A stretch of DNA of 60,631 nt, counting the filler, from Basidiobolus ranarum (lineage: Eukaryota), in assembly GCA_040143965.1 (NCBI GenBank). It is 10 parts of 10 records of this genome, joined end to end, with 100 filler letters (N's around TTAATTAATTAA, not from the genome) between each part and the next. Parts side by side here need not be neighbours in the genome. Positions count along the whole stretch, not along the records: positions 42,555 to 48,515 come from JASJQH010001452.1; positions 48,616 to 54,575 come from JASJQH010001453.1; positions 54,676 to 60,631 come from JASJQH010001454.1; 7 more parts are not named here. The stretch is one strand, 5' to 3'. Positions 46,234 through 60,045 of the stretch are shown here, piece after piece (position 1 is the stretch's first letter; each line of letters opens with the position of its first letter). Below the pieces are notes generated by a model. The model did not search any database. It was not told where the DNA came from and worked only from the letters and a program-made list of their open reading frames with translations. The position numbers and the translations under genes were made by a program.

Positions 46234-48515
46234 ATGGAGCCCGGTAAGTTAACACATCGGAATTCTCCATCACAACCCGTGAAGACAGAATCCCATTCTG
46301 ATCAAGAGGATGAACCAAAGATTCATACACCACCGCAACTTTGTAATACTTCGGTACATGTTCAGTTGTTTCACTAACCCGTATAATACCTAGACTCACG
46401 AAAGTATATTCTATCCTTCACCTATAGACTAAATGGTATTATAATACCAATTTGTTGAATGCACTCGTCTTGACTCTCTTATCTCTTTTTACTCGCCTAT
46501 ATATGATAACATGGTCCAACGTGGTGGTTTGGGATGAGGTTCTCTCTTCATGTTCTGCGTAAATGAAGTTGAATCCTTTTACTAATCTATCTATCTGCTT
46601 ATTCTTAGGCGCACTTTGGAAAGGTTCCCTCTAACCGAACTTATAGCAATTCTATATATGACATTAATCTGGTTTTTATTATAGTTTGGTTCTTACTATC
46701 TTAAGCGGGAATTCTACCATGACGTGCATCCTCCTCTAGGAAAGATGCTTGTCGCTTTGGGTGGACTTATGTCTGGATACGACGGACACTTCGGGTTCGA
46801 ATCAGGGGATGTTTATCCCGAAAGTCTTAATTATGGAGTAATGCGCTCATTTTTGGCGTTATTTGGCGCTGCTATGGTACCACTAGCTTATCTTACTGCA
46901 ATCGAGTTTAAATTCTCCAAGAAAGCGGCCTTCTTGGCAGCTCTAATGGTTCTAGTTGGTACGTTTGGTTTTATGTCTCTTGTGTGACGATGAAATTCAT
47001 TTTTTACTAAATTTGGGACATTTAGATATTGCTTTTCTTGTTATCAGTCGGTTTATCCTCTTGGATTCTATGCTTTTATGCTTTACTTGCACAACACTCT
47101 ATTGCTTGGCTTGCTTCCATAATTGTCGTAAAGAGTAATTCATTTTCAATGGTTCTTTGGTAAAGAACTCGCGTTAACTTAGGCTCAAATTAATTAGATC
47201 TTTCTCTCTTCGCTGGTGGATTTGGCTTATATGCACTGGTACCTCGATAGGCTGCGTATCTAGGTAAGTCGTCATCATTGCTATGCAATAAGCAGGTTGG
47301 TAATACTTGACTTTTTCATCTACCTTTTACTAGTGTTAAATGGGTCGGATTCTTTGCCACTGCTCTCGTCGGAATGGTATAAAAACACTGTTACTATCGT
47401 TCTGATTCACTCTTATATTAATTACATGTTGAACTACTACAGTACACTATAGAGGATTTATGGGATAAATTCGGGGATTATCGCATGCCCAAGGTACTAA
47501 TAATAGCATATGTTAAGATTTACTTCGGCTTGAGTGTGTGCAACACCATCGAAGTAGATCTTCCCATCTAACTCTAACTAAACGCTCTTCCACATAGATG
47601 ACCTATCTTAAGCACTGGGCTGCTCGTATCATATGCCTCATCGTTCTTCCGGTTCTCATATATATGCTCTGTTTCGTGATCCATTTTGGAATTCTGAATC
47701 ACAGTGGATCGGGTGATGCCACTATGAGCTCCATCTTCCAAGCAGGCCTTATTGGAAATACACTTAATGAAGCTCCACTAGGTAAGTTGGTTAATAGGAA
47801 ATTCATGAATGCCAGCGATTCACCTTTTGTTGGACACTATATAGAAGTTACCTATGGATCGAAGATCACATTGAAAAACAACGGTTATGGCGGTGGTTTA
47901 CTACATTCACATGTACAGGTCTTCCCAGAAGGCTCTCAGCAGCAACAGGTCACTACCTATCACCATAGAGATGAGAACAACGAGTGGATAGTGAAAAAAG
48001 CATATGCATCCACCTCCGACCAAGATTCCGAAGAGGTGGAATTTCTCTCAGATGGGGATATCATCCGCCTGGCTCATGTATCTACTGAAAAGAATCTACA
48101 CAGTCACCAAATCGTTGCTCCCATTACCAAGACCGATTGGGAAGTCAGTTGCTACGGTAACCAAACAGTCAGTGATCCAAATGACTATTGGAGGATTGAG
48201 AAGTTGGGTGATTATTACGAGGAAACTTCACACATTAGAACTTTGTCCACTCAATTCCGCCTTCGTCATGTACCTACCGGATGCCTCTTGAAGTCACACA
48301 ATGTTCCACTACCTGCTTGGGGTTTCCAGCAATCTGAAGTCACCTGTGATAAGAACGATGAAGTGGGTAACTTTAACCTTATTTGGAACGTAGAGAACCA
48401 TTGGAATGAAAAGCGTAAGTATCTGTTGTTAAATCTGACTGTGATATGAAGAAAACTTAACCCCCGTTGTCCTTCAACAGTTCCTCTCGCGAAAAAGATG
48501 CACTTTAAATCCAAA
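46234..48515 (+). CDS. PMT2: Dolichyl-phosphate-mannose:protein O-mannosyltransferase, PMT2 subfamily; many introns; 3' truncated
   Basis: VVWDE|AHFGK|FGSYYLK, DVHPPLGKML, ISRFILLDSMLL, SVKWVG and MIR domains (GGLLHSH..QQQVTTY, KNLHSH). Confidence 0.93.
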
Positions 48516-48615
48516 NNNNNNNNNNNNNNNNNNNNNNNNNNNNNNNNNNNNNNNNNNNNTTAATTAATTAANNNNNNNNNNNNNNNNNNNNNNNNNNNNN
48601 NNNNNNNNNNNNNNN

Positions 48616-49079
48616 TTGTTTATCATATCGTCGTTCCTTGTGTATTCTGGGCAACACTCTACTCTCCAGACATGACCATGTCACCCATCGTTTGGTGGAC
48701 CACAACCTCACGCCATGGGGTGGACTTTGTATTTATGTTCACTGAGTTTATATTATGCCGATGGACTTTTGAATTGCCATACATCCCTCTTATTCTCGGA
48801 ATCGCAGTACTCTACATGTTTTGGTCGTGGATTATCTACGCGATTTATGACATCTGGGTGTATGGATTTCTCAATTGGAGTCATTCACCAGGGATCGTAG
48901 TGGGAAGCTACTTGGGAGTTGCGGCAGCGTTCTTTTTGGTTTCTGCGATAATGTACGGTTTGCATATTCTCCGCCAGCGTATTGCCCGTAAATATGTCAC
49001 ACATGACAATTCATCTACTTTCTATATCATCAATGACAAACAAAATGCAGATCTAGAGATGGGTCAACAACACAAATAG
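48616..49079 (+). CDS. FAR-17a/AIG1-like multi-TM membrane protein, C-terminal part (5' truncated)
   Basis: Frame is open from the contig start; VFW..L, HG....E, Y..W..I and WVYGFLNW pattern with 4-5 hydrophobic segments. Confidence 0.7.
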
Positions 49080-50120
49080 CAATCTTTAGTTTATGTATTT
49101 CTAACCACTCGGTTTCTATATCATTATGATCTCTCACACACCACCCACCTTAATCGGACTTGGATTCCATTTAATGTATTTGAATTAACCTGACAAAGTA
49201 AACAAATTTTGACGCCTCATTAGAGCAAGATAATTAAACTACACCAAATTCCATGGTACATACCACCATGTGTCCTCCAAGTGCATGAGCATGATATGCC
49301 AATTTATAGCAGGGCTCCAGTATGTCCCATGGTAAGGGGATTCACATGAAACATTCCCTCCATTATGTACTAAAATTTGCCAAGTATATCGAGTCTGGGA
49401 AACCTGTATGATCTAATCATCATGTAAGTTGTAACCCGGAGCTCTGATTGGATACCAATTTTTTGATCGTTACACAACATCCACCACTCGCTGATCTAAT
49501 GAAAATACTTCTTGTCATGGGATCTATTTTTCCATTTTCTATTTATACTCTGATTCGTCCCTATTTATATTCACATCTTACCTCAGAGCGCTAGAGGGGA
49601 AGTTGAACCTTGAGATGGTCTTACGGGTTCATATGGATCTCAGATATTATCAGGCAAGTTGAACGAGAATCCCTGGAATAGACACAAGACGGAAGACCAT
49701 CACACAACTTTATCTGATACAAACACATCATTGCTTACATCAAACTAGAGGAATTAGGAAATGAAGCTGAATAACCGGCTAATATAGATGATACCAAGAT
49801 TTTCTAGAAATACATGATGGTGATGCAGTTATAAGGATATAAGTTGCTTACAAAAGAAATGGAAGCAATACACGTGAAAGACACAAAATTTCTCAAGGAT
49901 ATAGAATAAAATTACTTGGCTTGGTTTGGTGCAACGGGTCACTAGGGGATTCCGTTTCCACACACAATGAAACTTTTCTTATTTAATGGGGGATTCTTCA
50001 ACTGAAATTTGCAAGGGCGCACGACTGACAACTCTAGAAAGATAAATGCCTACAATATCATTGGATTTAAGAGTATTGCAATAGATGGGTTCTAGGATAT
50101 AATTGGAGACTACTGACTGT

Positions 50121-51860
50121 TCAAATCTTCGTTTTTTTGCCGGCTGAATTGGAGGAATTGAGTTCCTCCGTTAAATACCGCTTCTTCTCGTTCTCACCGG
50201 AATTATCCTCGACATCCTCACAACTGACAAGTTGATTTAATTCATTAAGTTCGATTTCACAGGTTCCTTGATTCGACTCCTCTAAAGAAGCCGGATACGT
50301 CGTGATATCAGGGAGTAGCTCCGAATCATTCAACGCCAATTCAAGACAGAGCGCACTATTAGCTTCTATAGATCTGAGATCGTCAATCTAGGGGATGATG
50401 CAGACATTTAGTTGGCTGTTCAGACTTTGTCCTAGACAATGATACTCACCTTCAGAGATACTTCCCGAATTGAGGAGGCGATTTCCGCAATCTCACGCTC
50501 AATCAGCAGATACGGATCCTCATGCTCGGGTGGTGCTTTCGCTTTTCCTTTGCCTATGACACGATCTAATATATCAAGCTCATGCTTCGCTGTTTGAATA
50601 CGCCTGATCATAGTTCTTTGAGCTAGTTCTAAATGTAAGATTGCTTGTGGGAGATTCGATATGTTTTCATACGTCAAAGCCACTTTGCAATATGTATGAA
50701 TGAGTTAAGGATTGATGAATTTCATTTAGAATGTGTAAAACATGCTTTTGACATAAAGGATATGCATCCGCTAAATTTCGATCATCTGGCTTTAAGAAAA
50801 GTTGCTTTAAGGAGAGTGATTCGACATATTCCGAAAGTGCTTGCCTACAGTTTTCTGCTCACATAAATAAGGTGAGAATAACGTCACACAATTTACGGAA
50901 ATGCGAATATATTACCAGCTTCCATAGCTATATCTCCTAGCACCATGACTACTTCTGCCAGTTTCAATTTGGCATCAACCGTGTCAATTCTTCGATAGAT
51001 TTTCCGAGCAAGGTCTAGGTTATGCCATGCGTTTTCGAAATCTTCTGTATCCTCTTGATGGACGCCTCTTTCCAATTCCAACTCATTTTCCAGATTCAGA
51101 ACAAATTCCGAGTCATTCAAATTCTCTGTTGTTATTCCTACCTCTACAATATGATATGAGTATCACGTTATAACAGTTCGGTAGAAAGAGAAAGGAAGTT
51201 TGATGGAGAGGGTATCAGTAGAGGTAGAACGGCAAGTAAGGTTTGGTTCGCACATAAAATAAAGGTACAATCAGTAAATATCGTGCTTCGTTACCCCGGA
51301 ACATATGCCATCAAAAAAGGGTTCGTAGGATAAGAAACGTAGGTTTTGAATAAGCTTGAGTAAGTTTTTATATACAATCGTACTTTTAACGACGCTGTTT
51401 CGCTGTACCGAACTTCCAAATAACGCTTGTCCATACAAAAATAGAGCGTCTGCGTACTGTGGAGACAATGAGCCGTGAGTTTTTGCCCTAAAGAAAACAA
51501 TTCGTTAACCTCTATTCAAGAATGGCAAATAAACTCAATCAAATCAAACCCAAAGTTGAGTGTCTGATTGAATTAACTGAGATTTGTCTCAGCATTATGA
51601 AGTGAAAGCGTTTGAAGTGTTACATTCATACGGGATAAGGGGGTTAGGAATATGCCAAATACATACAATAGCTTGGAAGCATCTCCGAATTTTTGAGAGG
51701 CTTCTTTATATTTGAAAAGCAACATTGCTTTTCTCCCTTCAAAGAACAGACTCTCTACAAGATGAACTTCTTGACCTACGGTTGTAGGACTAGATCGAGT
51801 CGTTTCTGAGCAAACAGGTGATTCTTCACAAGGAGGGTTAGGTTCAAGTGAGTTCTGCAT
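50121..51860 (-). CDS. NASP/Hif1/Sim3-type histone chaperone (SHNi-TPR), multi-exon
   Basis: EGRKAMLLFKYKEASQKF, SPQYADALFLYGQALF, an acidic insert, EDFENAWHNLDLARKIY, KLAEVVMVLGDIAME and a basic C-terminal tail (KKRY...KKTKI). Confidence 0.85.
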
Positions 51861-52989
51861 GATTATTTCAAGTAAAATAAAAAGTAGGTATATATATTAA
51901 CGGTCAATAAAATCCGTTTGTTTCAACTTTGCCTCGCAAGTGAGCTCGCAGCCTGTGCGTCTTTCTTGAGGTTACTTGAATTTGTCAACGCTTTTCTGTG
52001 AAAACCCTGAGAAGTTTCTTAGTACGTTGTGAGGAAGTAGGCTATTGCTTCAGATATACTAAGGAAGATTTTATTTACTGAAAAAGGAGTATAAATGTAC
52101 CTATATCAGATATGAATGTAGAGAGTTTGCGATGAAATTAAGGAAGCCCACAGTAAAAGTGCATAAATTTGTTGATTTTCAACACAAGGCCTCAGCCTAT
52201 TTTGGGGTAGGAACCATAAAAAGGGCAAGAAATGGAATTGCTCCACTCGTTAACTACTGTATTAACCAATCATCTGAGCCTAGATAATCCCCGTATTTCC
52301 CTTTATGTCTCATTATAAAGAGACACAGCAAGTCACACCAGAGTAGAGAGGATGATCTAATTTAGTGCAAAGTATTCATCTAAGCCATGAAATGACCAAC
52401 TTGAATGCTTTGAGCATACAAATGATCACCCTGTGCAGCTGCTCACTGCTACTGAATAATACCAATAGCTAGCAAGACTCTAAAAAAGCTAATCATCGGT
52501 TGGATTTAGGTATTTTGTACACGCTCAGTGCAAACATATAGACCCAATCATTCAAGCAAATCCCTGCGTACACGTCATAACCTTTGTAACATCACTGGGT
52601 CAGACGGTAGTAATCTTTTGTACTATGTTTCGGTTGGCGACGTTCCTGTTATCTTACATAATCACGTTATCTCTTAAGTAATTGACTTTTAATGGTATAG
52701 CATATAGTTGACTATATGGTGTAATCTTCGTAGATGATCTAAACACTTGGCTGACTGATCAAACATCTCCTTTCTGAGATATTGCAGGTGATTCACAAAT
52801 CATCGAGCATATCTAGTCTGAATCTCCCCAAGATGGGAGAAGGGCAAGTTATATGTCTTTAACTCTATGTATCAAAACATACAGCTCGAATCAACGTGAA
52901 TGCGAACTAAGAATCGAAGATTGTAACTGGAAGAGGCCAGTAAAGCTCTAGGACAACCAACTATAGCTGTGCTCTTATCACTAGAGGGG

Positions 52990-54575
52990 CTTCGTTGGAT
53001 GGATGGATAGGCTGCGTTGACGAGGGGAATCTCTTCAAGCACTTCACTGCTGGTAATATCAATAATTCGGGGCTCGGTCATGCACTGATAATCTTTGCAT
53101 CTAATGTTACGGGAACTCTGATGCATATTGGAGAGGATATGAAACAATCACGGAATTGTGGCTTAGCTCTTTTCTTGGTCCATCGAAACAGACTTACGAA
53201 TTAGACATCTTGACCAAAATATCCATCTGAGTGGCGTTTTTTAGGCAGTGGGACTTGAATCAAGCTCGTTTAAAGCCCGAGCTGTATTCGCTCTTGTAGG
53301 CCAAGGCGCCTTGATGGTTATTATTAGGATATTGCTCTAAGACTGCTTGTGTTTGTGTATGTCAGGAGACATCGTATTTCGTCCTAGCACTAGTGCTATA
53401 TCTGGAAGGTATCCCAGCTGGATTCTTTATCAAAATGCGTACTCGAAAAGCAAGTTGCATTTTTTATCTTGGAATTACTATTGCAGACATAATTTACAGT
53501 AGAAAACTGGATTAAAGCATCTTTAAATCTATATATGGTACTTGATTATTTCAATGCCTGCCCTAACTCTGCAAAACTAAGCCAAAAGCTCATTCTAGAT
53601 AGTTCCCGAATCATTTGATTTCTTAGTAATACCCGTTTGGGAAATTCCAATTAATATGTAATCAGAGGCCATTATTCCACCGAGGCTAGTTGATAGCTAG
53701 AGGTAATACAGTGGGAGCTATTCATACATGACTAGTGTGATCACTGAATGATCCATTTTGAAAGGGAACATTACCTGACCCTGATCCCATCTGAGTGAAC
53801 ATAATATCTGTCTTCACACAGGATTCTATATTTCTTCTCAAAATAATCCTCAAGCTAGAGGGAGATGGTGAGCGGGGTTGTCGAGACAGTTTCACGGTTT
53901 ATTATACTGCTTATTTAATGGTCGTTCGTAACTTCAAAAATACGCTTAATCTTTAGATACCCTCCATCTCTACTTCAGTGGAGCTTATGAAGTGTAAGTC
54001 ATTTTTTAAAGATGCTGCTTTGGCTAGTAGTTTAGCCTAGACCGTATGGGTACAACCAAAGCTCTTGAACTTTGGAGTCTGAGATATTTCACGAAATCCC
54101 TGGATTAGAAGACTGCATCTCTTCTCTTTAGACCAAGAAATATCTTAGAATGTCCAGATTTCTGTTCTCGGTTATGAGATTTCATGTTCGAGAGATATGT
54201 ATCATCTAAGAACCAACCAACGGGACAAGAATGCTTAGAATCAGCAGCGTATCGAGTAAGACGATTTACTCCCTAACCAGATTCAGAAATTCAGTCATGT
54301 AATCAGCCTCAAAATGCCTTATCCCCTCTTATTTCACTTTTTTGATAATGATGTATCAGACTCCCTACATGTATAATATATACATCTATACTCAAATCGG
54401 CGCTGATTCCTCCAATAGCGTCATCTGCCATGCCCACTTGAAACGTCGATAAGAGTTGATTGATATGGAGGTCTCTGAGAGGTTGATTCATCCACATCGG
54501 CAGGGTAGTGCCATAGTCGTAATCGGCCATTCCGTTTGTTGCATATCTTTGAATTGGGCAGTCAAGCAACGCTTG
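52990..54575 (+). mobile_element. Possible decayed L1/Tx1-like element (endonuclease into start of RT)
   Basis: TAGNIN (cf. GDFN), RRLDG (cf. SRLD), HRI (cf. SDH), IWKV (cf. WKLN) and IPGLED (cf. KxPGxDG) in order over 1.5 kb, with many stops. Confidence 0.35.
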
Positions 54576-54675
54576 NNNNNNNNNNNNNNNNNNNNNNNNN
54601 NNNNNNNNNNNNNNNNNNNTTAATTAATTAANNNNNNNNNNNNNNNNNNNNNNNNNNNNNNNNNNNNNNNNNNNN

Positions 54676-54850
54676 CGTGAGTGTCTGCCTTAGTTTGGGA
54701 ATCATTATTGATCTTCTTCGCCTTGATCGTCGCAAATGGCGTGTGATCGGTGATGCTGCTAAGATTGCTGGCGTGAGGGGTGAACTAGGAGTGTGCAATT
54801 TGATTGATGGTAGAATCAATATTGGTTTTGACAAAATCACTGGTCTCTAG
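54676..54850 (+). CDS. Cys-hairpin-repeat secreted protein family, copy 1 (3' fragment only)
   Basis: VSVCLSLGIIIDLLRLDRRKWRVIGDAAKIAGVRGELGVCNLIDGRINIGFDKITGL*, homologous to the C-termini of the other copies. Confidence 0.85.
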
Positions 54851-56388
54851 TTCCAGAGCAATCATGGATAGCCTTAGAATCGGCCCTGAATTCAAGTAAA
54901 TTGAGTACCCATGTGTTAGCATTAATATATACCTTCCACATATGTATACATGCGATTATGGTTTTCCATAATAAATATCTTTACAAGTGGATAAGCCTCA
55001 CAAGTCGATTGCGTGTGGGAAATTCAAAAGGTACAGTTTTGAGCAGGTACGCAGAAGTCGATTCCTAAAGATAATCAATTAGATTCGAATTATTGCACCT
55101 TATATTGCACATTATTCAGTGATGTCCGTACTTCATAATTTATCAAATAATATTTGACCTGAATCTAGATGCTTACACATGTTCACAGATCAGGTAGCAA
55201 GCTTGATCTAGCACACTCATATCAGAGATAAAATTTCAACAAGTAGCTACGGTTGGTAAGTAATTAATCGACCCGTCCGGAAATAACACACTTTACCTAT
55301 ACTCCGTAGAGTAACATACTATTACATTTTTGGATATCCCTTGATGTCCCTGTAATTTGAAATAATTTTGTATTCAAAAAGTTTTCAGTCTCGAATGAAT
55401 GGTTAGTTCAATTGCATCATCTTAAACTATTGATAGTGATTTGAACCACATGTTTGGCTTTCAGTACATACAAGTAGTACAAGCATGATTTACAATTAAA
55501 AAGCTCATCATCTGTATCGATTAATCAAATCTATACATCGCTCCTTTAGATGGAGAAAAGCTATCAAGTGTGAAGGATCAGAGATGAATTTACTATATGG
55601 CACCTACAGCTCATAGTGCTACTAGTATCAGTATTTACTTTCCGTTTTCATAACTATTCATTACTGTTAGTGTCTATACTTGGACTCTAGTGCGAAATGA
55701 GTGGCAAGGTACGTCCTCAAATCAAGTATGTGCTTTTCTTTCAATACTGATTGGAAGGTATTACACCAACAGGAAGAATTCAAAACTGTCGCTCGCCACA
55801 CACATCAATTTATCCACTTGTATTTGAATGATAACAATTAAAACGTTGTTAGTGCATAGATACTTATCTCCACTTCCAATCGGAATGGAAGTAATGTAAG
55901 TTACATTATTAAACATAGCATTATGATCTCTGAGATTCAACTTTTGTACATTAAATCAATTTGAGCAATAATCTGATTTACGATCAAAAATATCCGAGTA
56001 TTTCGCATCTCTCTTGACTCGATTAATCGAGAATTCTCATATTTATTATTTCCGTGAATACTTCTTGATTCAACGTGCTATTAATTGAGTTCCTGATGAC
56101 AACATTACAACGTTTCAAATCGAAAGTTTGGGTTGCACAATAATACTCGCAGTCTGAAGCAGTGTACCCAGAGATATGGGAGAGCAGTACTATAGAGATA
56201 GAGGTGAGATGTACCATGATCAGAAGATGCAGTGCTATGGAAATTTGTAGTACGCAATAATGTCATACCGTATACTCACTCTCACTTGACGCTAGAGATT
56301 CCTTCGATAAACGAATATGTTAATCACTGTATGTGGCAGATACCAGAGATTTATTTGATAAGCGAATTGGTCAACTATTCAAAGAAAA

Positions 56389-56425
56389 TATAAAATGAGA
56401 ACATTATTCCGTTGGTTTATCAAGT
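56389..56425 (+). promoter_or_regulatory. Conserved core promoter: TATAAAA at -75 and TTATCAAGT at -47 from the ATG (also 58195/58223 and 59971/59999)
   Basis: Identical spacing ahead of all three copies that have their 5' ends. Confidence 0.75.
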
Positions 56426-56463
56426 AAAAACCTTTCCAACTCAATTATCAATCAATCGAAGTC

Positions 56464-57144
56464 ATGAAGCTCTTCGCAAGTGCACTAGTATTGTTGCCTA
56501 CTGTACTGGTAATGGCCAAACCATTCACCTATAATGATGTCTCACCTATTACTGAGAAAAAAGTGAACTCGACTTGTAATGGTGTTGTCGCTAAACTGGC
56601 TGTCTTTGGTATCCATGTGGATGTAAATGTTTGTCTTGATGTTGGCATCACTAAGTTGACCGCACATCTCCCAGTCCCCTCCATAAAGACATGCGCGGAG
56701 GCAGTTGCAGCAGCTAATATTCTAGGAATTGAGGCTGATATGGATGTATGCTTGACCACTGGTGGCCATGACAAAGAGAAAAATACGACTCTTATGAAGA
56801 ATGATGGTGTTGTAAGTACCAAACACAAGAAGCCTTCGGTTCCTTCCAAGCCTCATACTCGTCCGTCCATACTTCCAGCCCAAGTATCTACACTAGAAAG
56901 TCCCCATACTTCTAAGTCATGTGAAGCGATCATTGCCAAAATTCATACTTTGTGTGGTGCCAACATCGACGTGAGTGTCTGCCTTAATTTGGGAATCAAT
57001 ATTGACCTTCTTCGTCTTGATCGTCTCAAATGCCGTGTGATCGTTGATGCTGCTCAGATTGCTGGTGTGAGTGTTGAACTTGGAGTGTGCGACTTATTCG
57101 ATGGTAGAATCAATATTAGTGTAGATAAACACCTTGGTCTCTAG
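56464..57144 (+). CDS. Cys-hairpin-repeat secreted protein, copy 2 (226 aa, intronless)
   Basis: Signal peptide MKLFASALVLLPTVLVMA; four C-x18/19-C hydrophobic units arranged as two modules around a Pro/Ser/Lys-rich linker. Confidence 0.9.
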   Translation: MKLFASALVLLPTVLVMAKPFTYNDVSPITEKKVNSTCNGVVAKLAVFGIHVDVNVCLDVGITKLTAHLPVPSIKTCAEAVAAANILGIEADMDVCLTTGGHDKEKNTTLMKNDGVVSTKHKKPSVPSKPHTRPSILPAQVSTLESPHTSKSCEAIIAKIHTLCGANIDVSVCLNLGINIDLLRLDRLKCRVIVDAAQIAGVSVELGVCDLFDGRINISVDKHLGL

Positions 57145-58269
57145 TTCGAAAACAATCATGAACGATACGAGTTTAATTGTTAATAAACTCTAGTAAGTCG
57201 AGCAACTCTTCCAGACAGTATGCAATCTTCAATTTATATCATATTTATATCTACGCATAGTCAATCATTTAGTTTAATTCAACTATGCTTAATAAAGGTT
57301 CTCATTATGAGTATTTGTGTATAGCTTAGCTTTTCTATTCTTCCTCTGATGACTCTCAGATGTTGAAATAATACTACACTAGGGAAGTGTGTAACTAAAG
57401 AAGTCATTAGATGGCATGGTTGCTAGTCTTAGCTATACTACTAATTACCAATGCACTAAGCCTGACACATTTCATTAATACTTCATATCGCTTCAAATAC
57501 ATTTGGGACCTGTTAATATGACGTGTGAGCGTGGTATGTTGGTTATCTAGTTGCTATACACCCTCATGACTTCTGATTTCCCCCAAGTATATATGACCCT
57601 CATTGCTATGTGAGCGCATTGTTGTGTACACTGCCTCGAACTATAAATAGTTATATGGTATTCTTCTAGTTTTCTATTTTGGAATCTCTCAATAGACCAC
57701 GAATATTTAACCGACTAATTGGAGTAATATACACCAACAAGAGAAAACCAAAACGTTGTTCATCACACGCGTTACCATTCAATTTTGAAGAATATAAAAT
57801 GGTGTAAACTTTATCACTAAATATATCAACAGGATCTTTATGATATTCAAACTTTGTATGAGATTAGGTAATGAAAAGGAATCTGTGTAACGAAATCCCG
57901 ATTAACAGTCCCAGAAATGAGAACTTTTACCATCATCGAGTTAATTAATCGAAGCGGCATATGTAAATGACTAAGATATTATTTGGATAGAAATGAGCTG
58001 ATGGGAGAAGAATGATTCGAATTGTAGGAAAGTAGCCTTCAATATTATCTCAATAAACTATTACTATAAAGATGAATATGGCAACACATGAACATTCTTT
58101 GTTGGAAATAACACGTTCAAGTACTCTTCTCAGCTGATATCGCAACGTTTAATACTAAATTGAAACTTGACCATTGATTTAAGGAGCATGACGATATAAA
58201 ATAGGATGTTTGGAACATTTGCTTATCAAGTTTACAGTTCTTATTTTCTCTCTTCTGCCAATTGAAACA

Positions 58270-58953
58270 ATGAAATTCTTCGCAAGTGCACTAGTATTAT
58301 TTCCTGCAGTACTCATCATGGCCAAGGAATCAACTCTCATCAATGCCTCTCCTATCATTGAAAAAGACATGGATTCTGCTTGTACTGGTGTGGTCGCCAG
58401 ACTGGCTGTCTTTGGCATCCGTGTGGCTGCAGATGTTTGTCTTGATATTGATATCACTGAGTTGACCTCACATCTCCTAGTCCCCTCTATAAAGACATGT
58501 GCGGAGGCAGTTGCGGCTGCCAATATTCTTGGAATCGAGGCTAATGTGGACGTGTGCTTAGCAACTGGTAGTCATGACAAGGAGAACGGTGATATTCTCA
58601 TGAAGAGAGATGGTAATATGAGCGTCATGCACAAAACACCTCTAGTCCTACCACCTATGCCTCCTTCTCAGCCTCCTGTCTACCCAGACCAGGCAACTGT
58701 GCCAAAAGCTCCCAGCCATTCAAAGTCATGTGAAGCGATTATCGCCAAAATTCATACTTTATGTGGTGCCAACATCGACGTGAGTGTCTGCCTCAATTTG
58801 GGAATCAATATTGGCCTTCTTCGTCTTGATCGTCTTAAATGCCGTGTGATCGTTGATGCTGCTCAAATTGCTGGCGTGAGTGTCGAACTTGGAGTGTGCA
58901 ATTTATTTGATGGTAAAATCAACATTGGTTTGGACAAACTCGTCGGTCTCTAA
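58270..58953 (+). CDS. Cys-hairpin-repeat secreted protein, copy 3 (227 aa)
   Basis: ATG at 58270 (MKFFASALVLFPAVLIMA); same architecture as copy 2. Confidence 0.9.
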   Translation: MKFFASALVLFPAVLIMAKESTLINASPIIEKDMDSACTGVVARLAVFGIRVAADVCLDIDITELTSHLLVPSIKTCAEAVAAANILGIEANVDVCLATGSHDKENGDILMKRDGNMSVMHKTPLVLPPMPPSQPPVYPDQATVPKAPSHSKSCEAIIAKIHTLCGANIDVSVCLNLGINIGLLRLDRLKCRVIVDAAQIAGVSVELGVCNLFDGKINIGLDKLVGL

Positions 58954-60045
58954 TATCAGATCAGTTATGAACACAAATATGACAGTGGTATATTTGATAA
59001 GCTCAAGTATGTTGAACATCTCTATTAACGGTGTGCAATGATTGATTCGCATTATCAATTTATATCCACATAATGTCAATCGACCAGTTTGATCTAATTT
59101 AATAAAGCTCTTTATTATATCCTATATGTCTTAGATAGTATCTTCTCTTAATCTCGATGTTAGAAGGATAGTATGGTGCATGGTCAAAAGGCCATTAAAC
59201 GGCATAAATGCTACTACAAACTACCAGGATGTGATCTATACCCCATATCTTACAGATATCATAAATATATGTGGACATGACATGCAAAACAGAAGGAATA
59301 TTGGTTAATTAGTAACTTTATATCCTTACAATACTAAATGAACGAACTGGTGTGTGCACTACCTCACACTATAAATAGTTATTGGCATTCCTTCAAGTAA
59401 TCTATTTATGGATGGTTCATTTGACCTCGAATTTTGAACCAACTAAGTAGAAGGAATCACACCAACAGGGGATGACCAAAACGTTGCCCATTGAACTCGC
59501 CGCCTAAATTCAAATGTAAATCAACTCGAGTAACATTAGTCAAAATTGACATGATACTGCTCGATTACATCTAGTACTCGATTAATTGAAAGTATTACTT
59601 TCATACATGTTTAAATCATACCCATCGATTAATTGATTTCCTAATGATATCACTGCAAATTGGAATTGAAGTTATGAAATAGTAGTTGATGGATATGTCA
59701 CTTATCAACTAATGATGTTGAGCGAGTGAGTTACACATTAATATTCGTGGTCTGAGGCAGTGCACCCAAACAAACCCACCTTGATGACACTTTGAGAGTA
59801 CCGCTAGTGAGTTATAGGTGCAATGTACCGTGTCCAGAAGAATTGATGAACTCTGGTGTCATGGGGATCGGTATTTCATGATAATGCCCTGTGGCATGTT
59901 CTCTCACCTGATATTGGAAATTCCTATGATAAATGACTATGTAAATAGTTCATATACAGTGAAAGAGGAATATAAAATGAGAAGGATTATGCCTTAGCTT
60001 ATCAAGTAAACATTTTTCCAACTCACTTCTTAATCAATCGAAATC

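Noticed and set aside
49300-49480. PBS-like TGGTATC..CAGAGC on the minus strand followed by a gag-like start
   Set aside because: The match is interrupted and no LTR or convincing gag could be delimited by eye.
5993-54675. Regularly spaced TTAATTAATTAA palindromes, and any gene cluster spanning them
   Set aside because: They are artificial 100-bp linkers between size-sorted contigs, so cross-linker neighbourhoods are not real.
56464-58953. Calling the secreted array hydrophobins or plant-type hybrid proline-rich proteins
   Set aside because: No CC doublets or CxC of the respective 8-Cys patterns; the shared ANILGI-like word is too short to imply homology.
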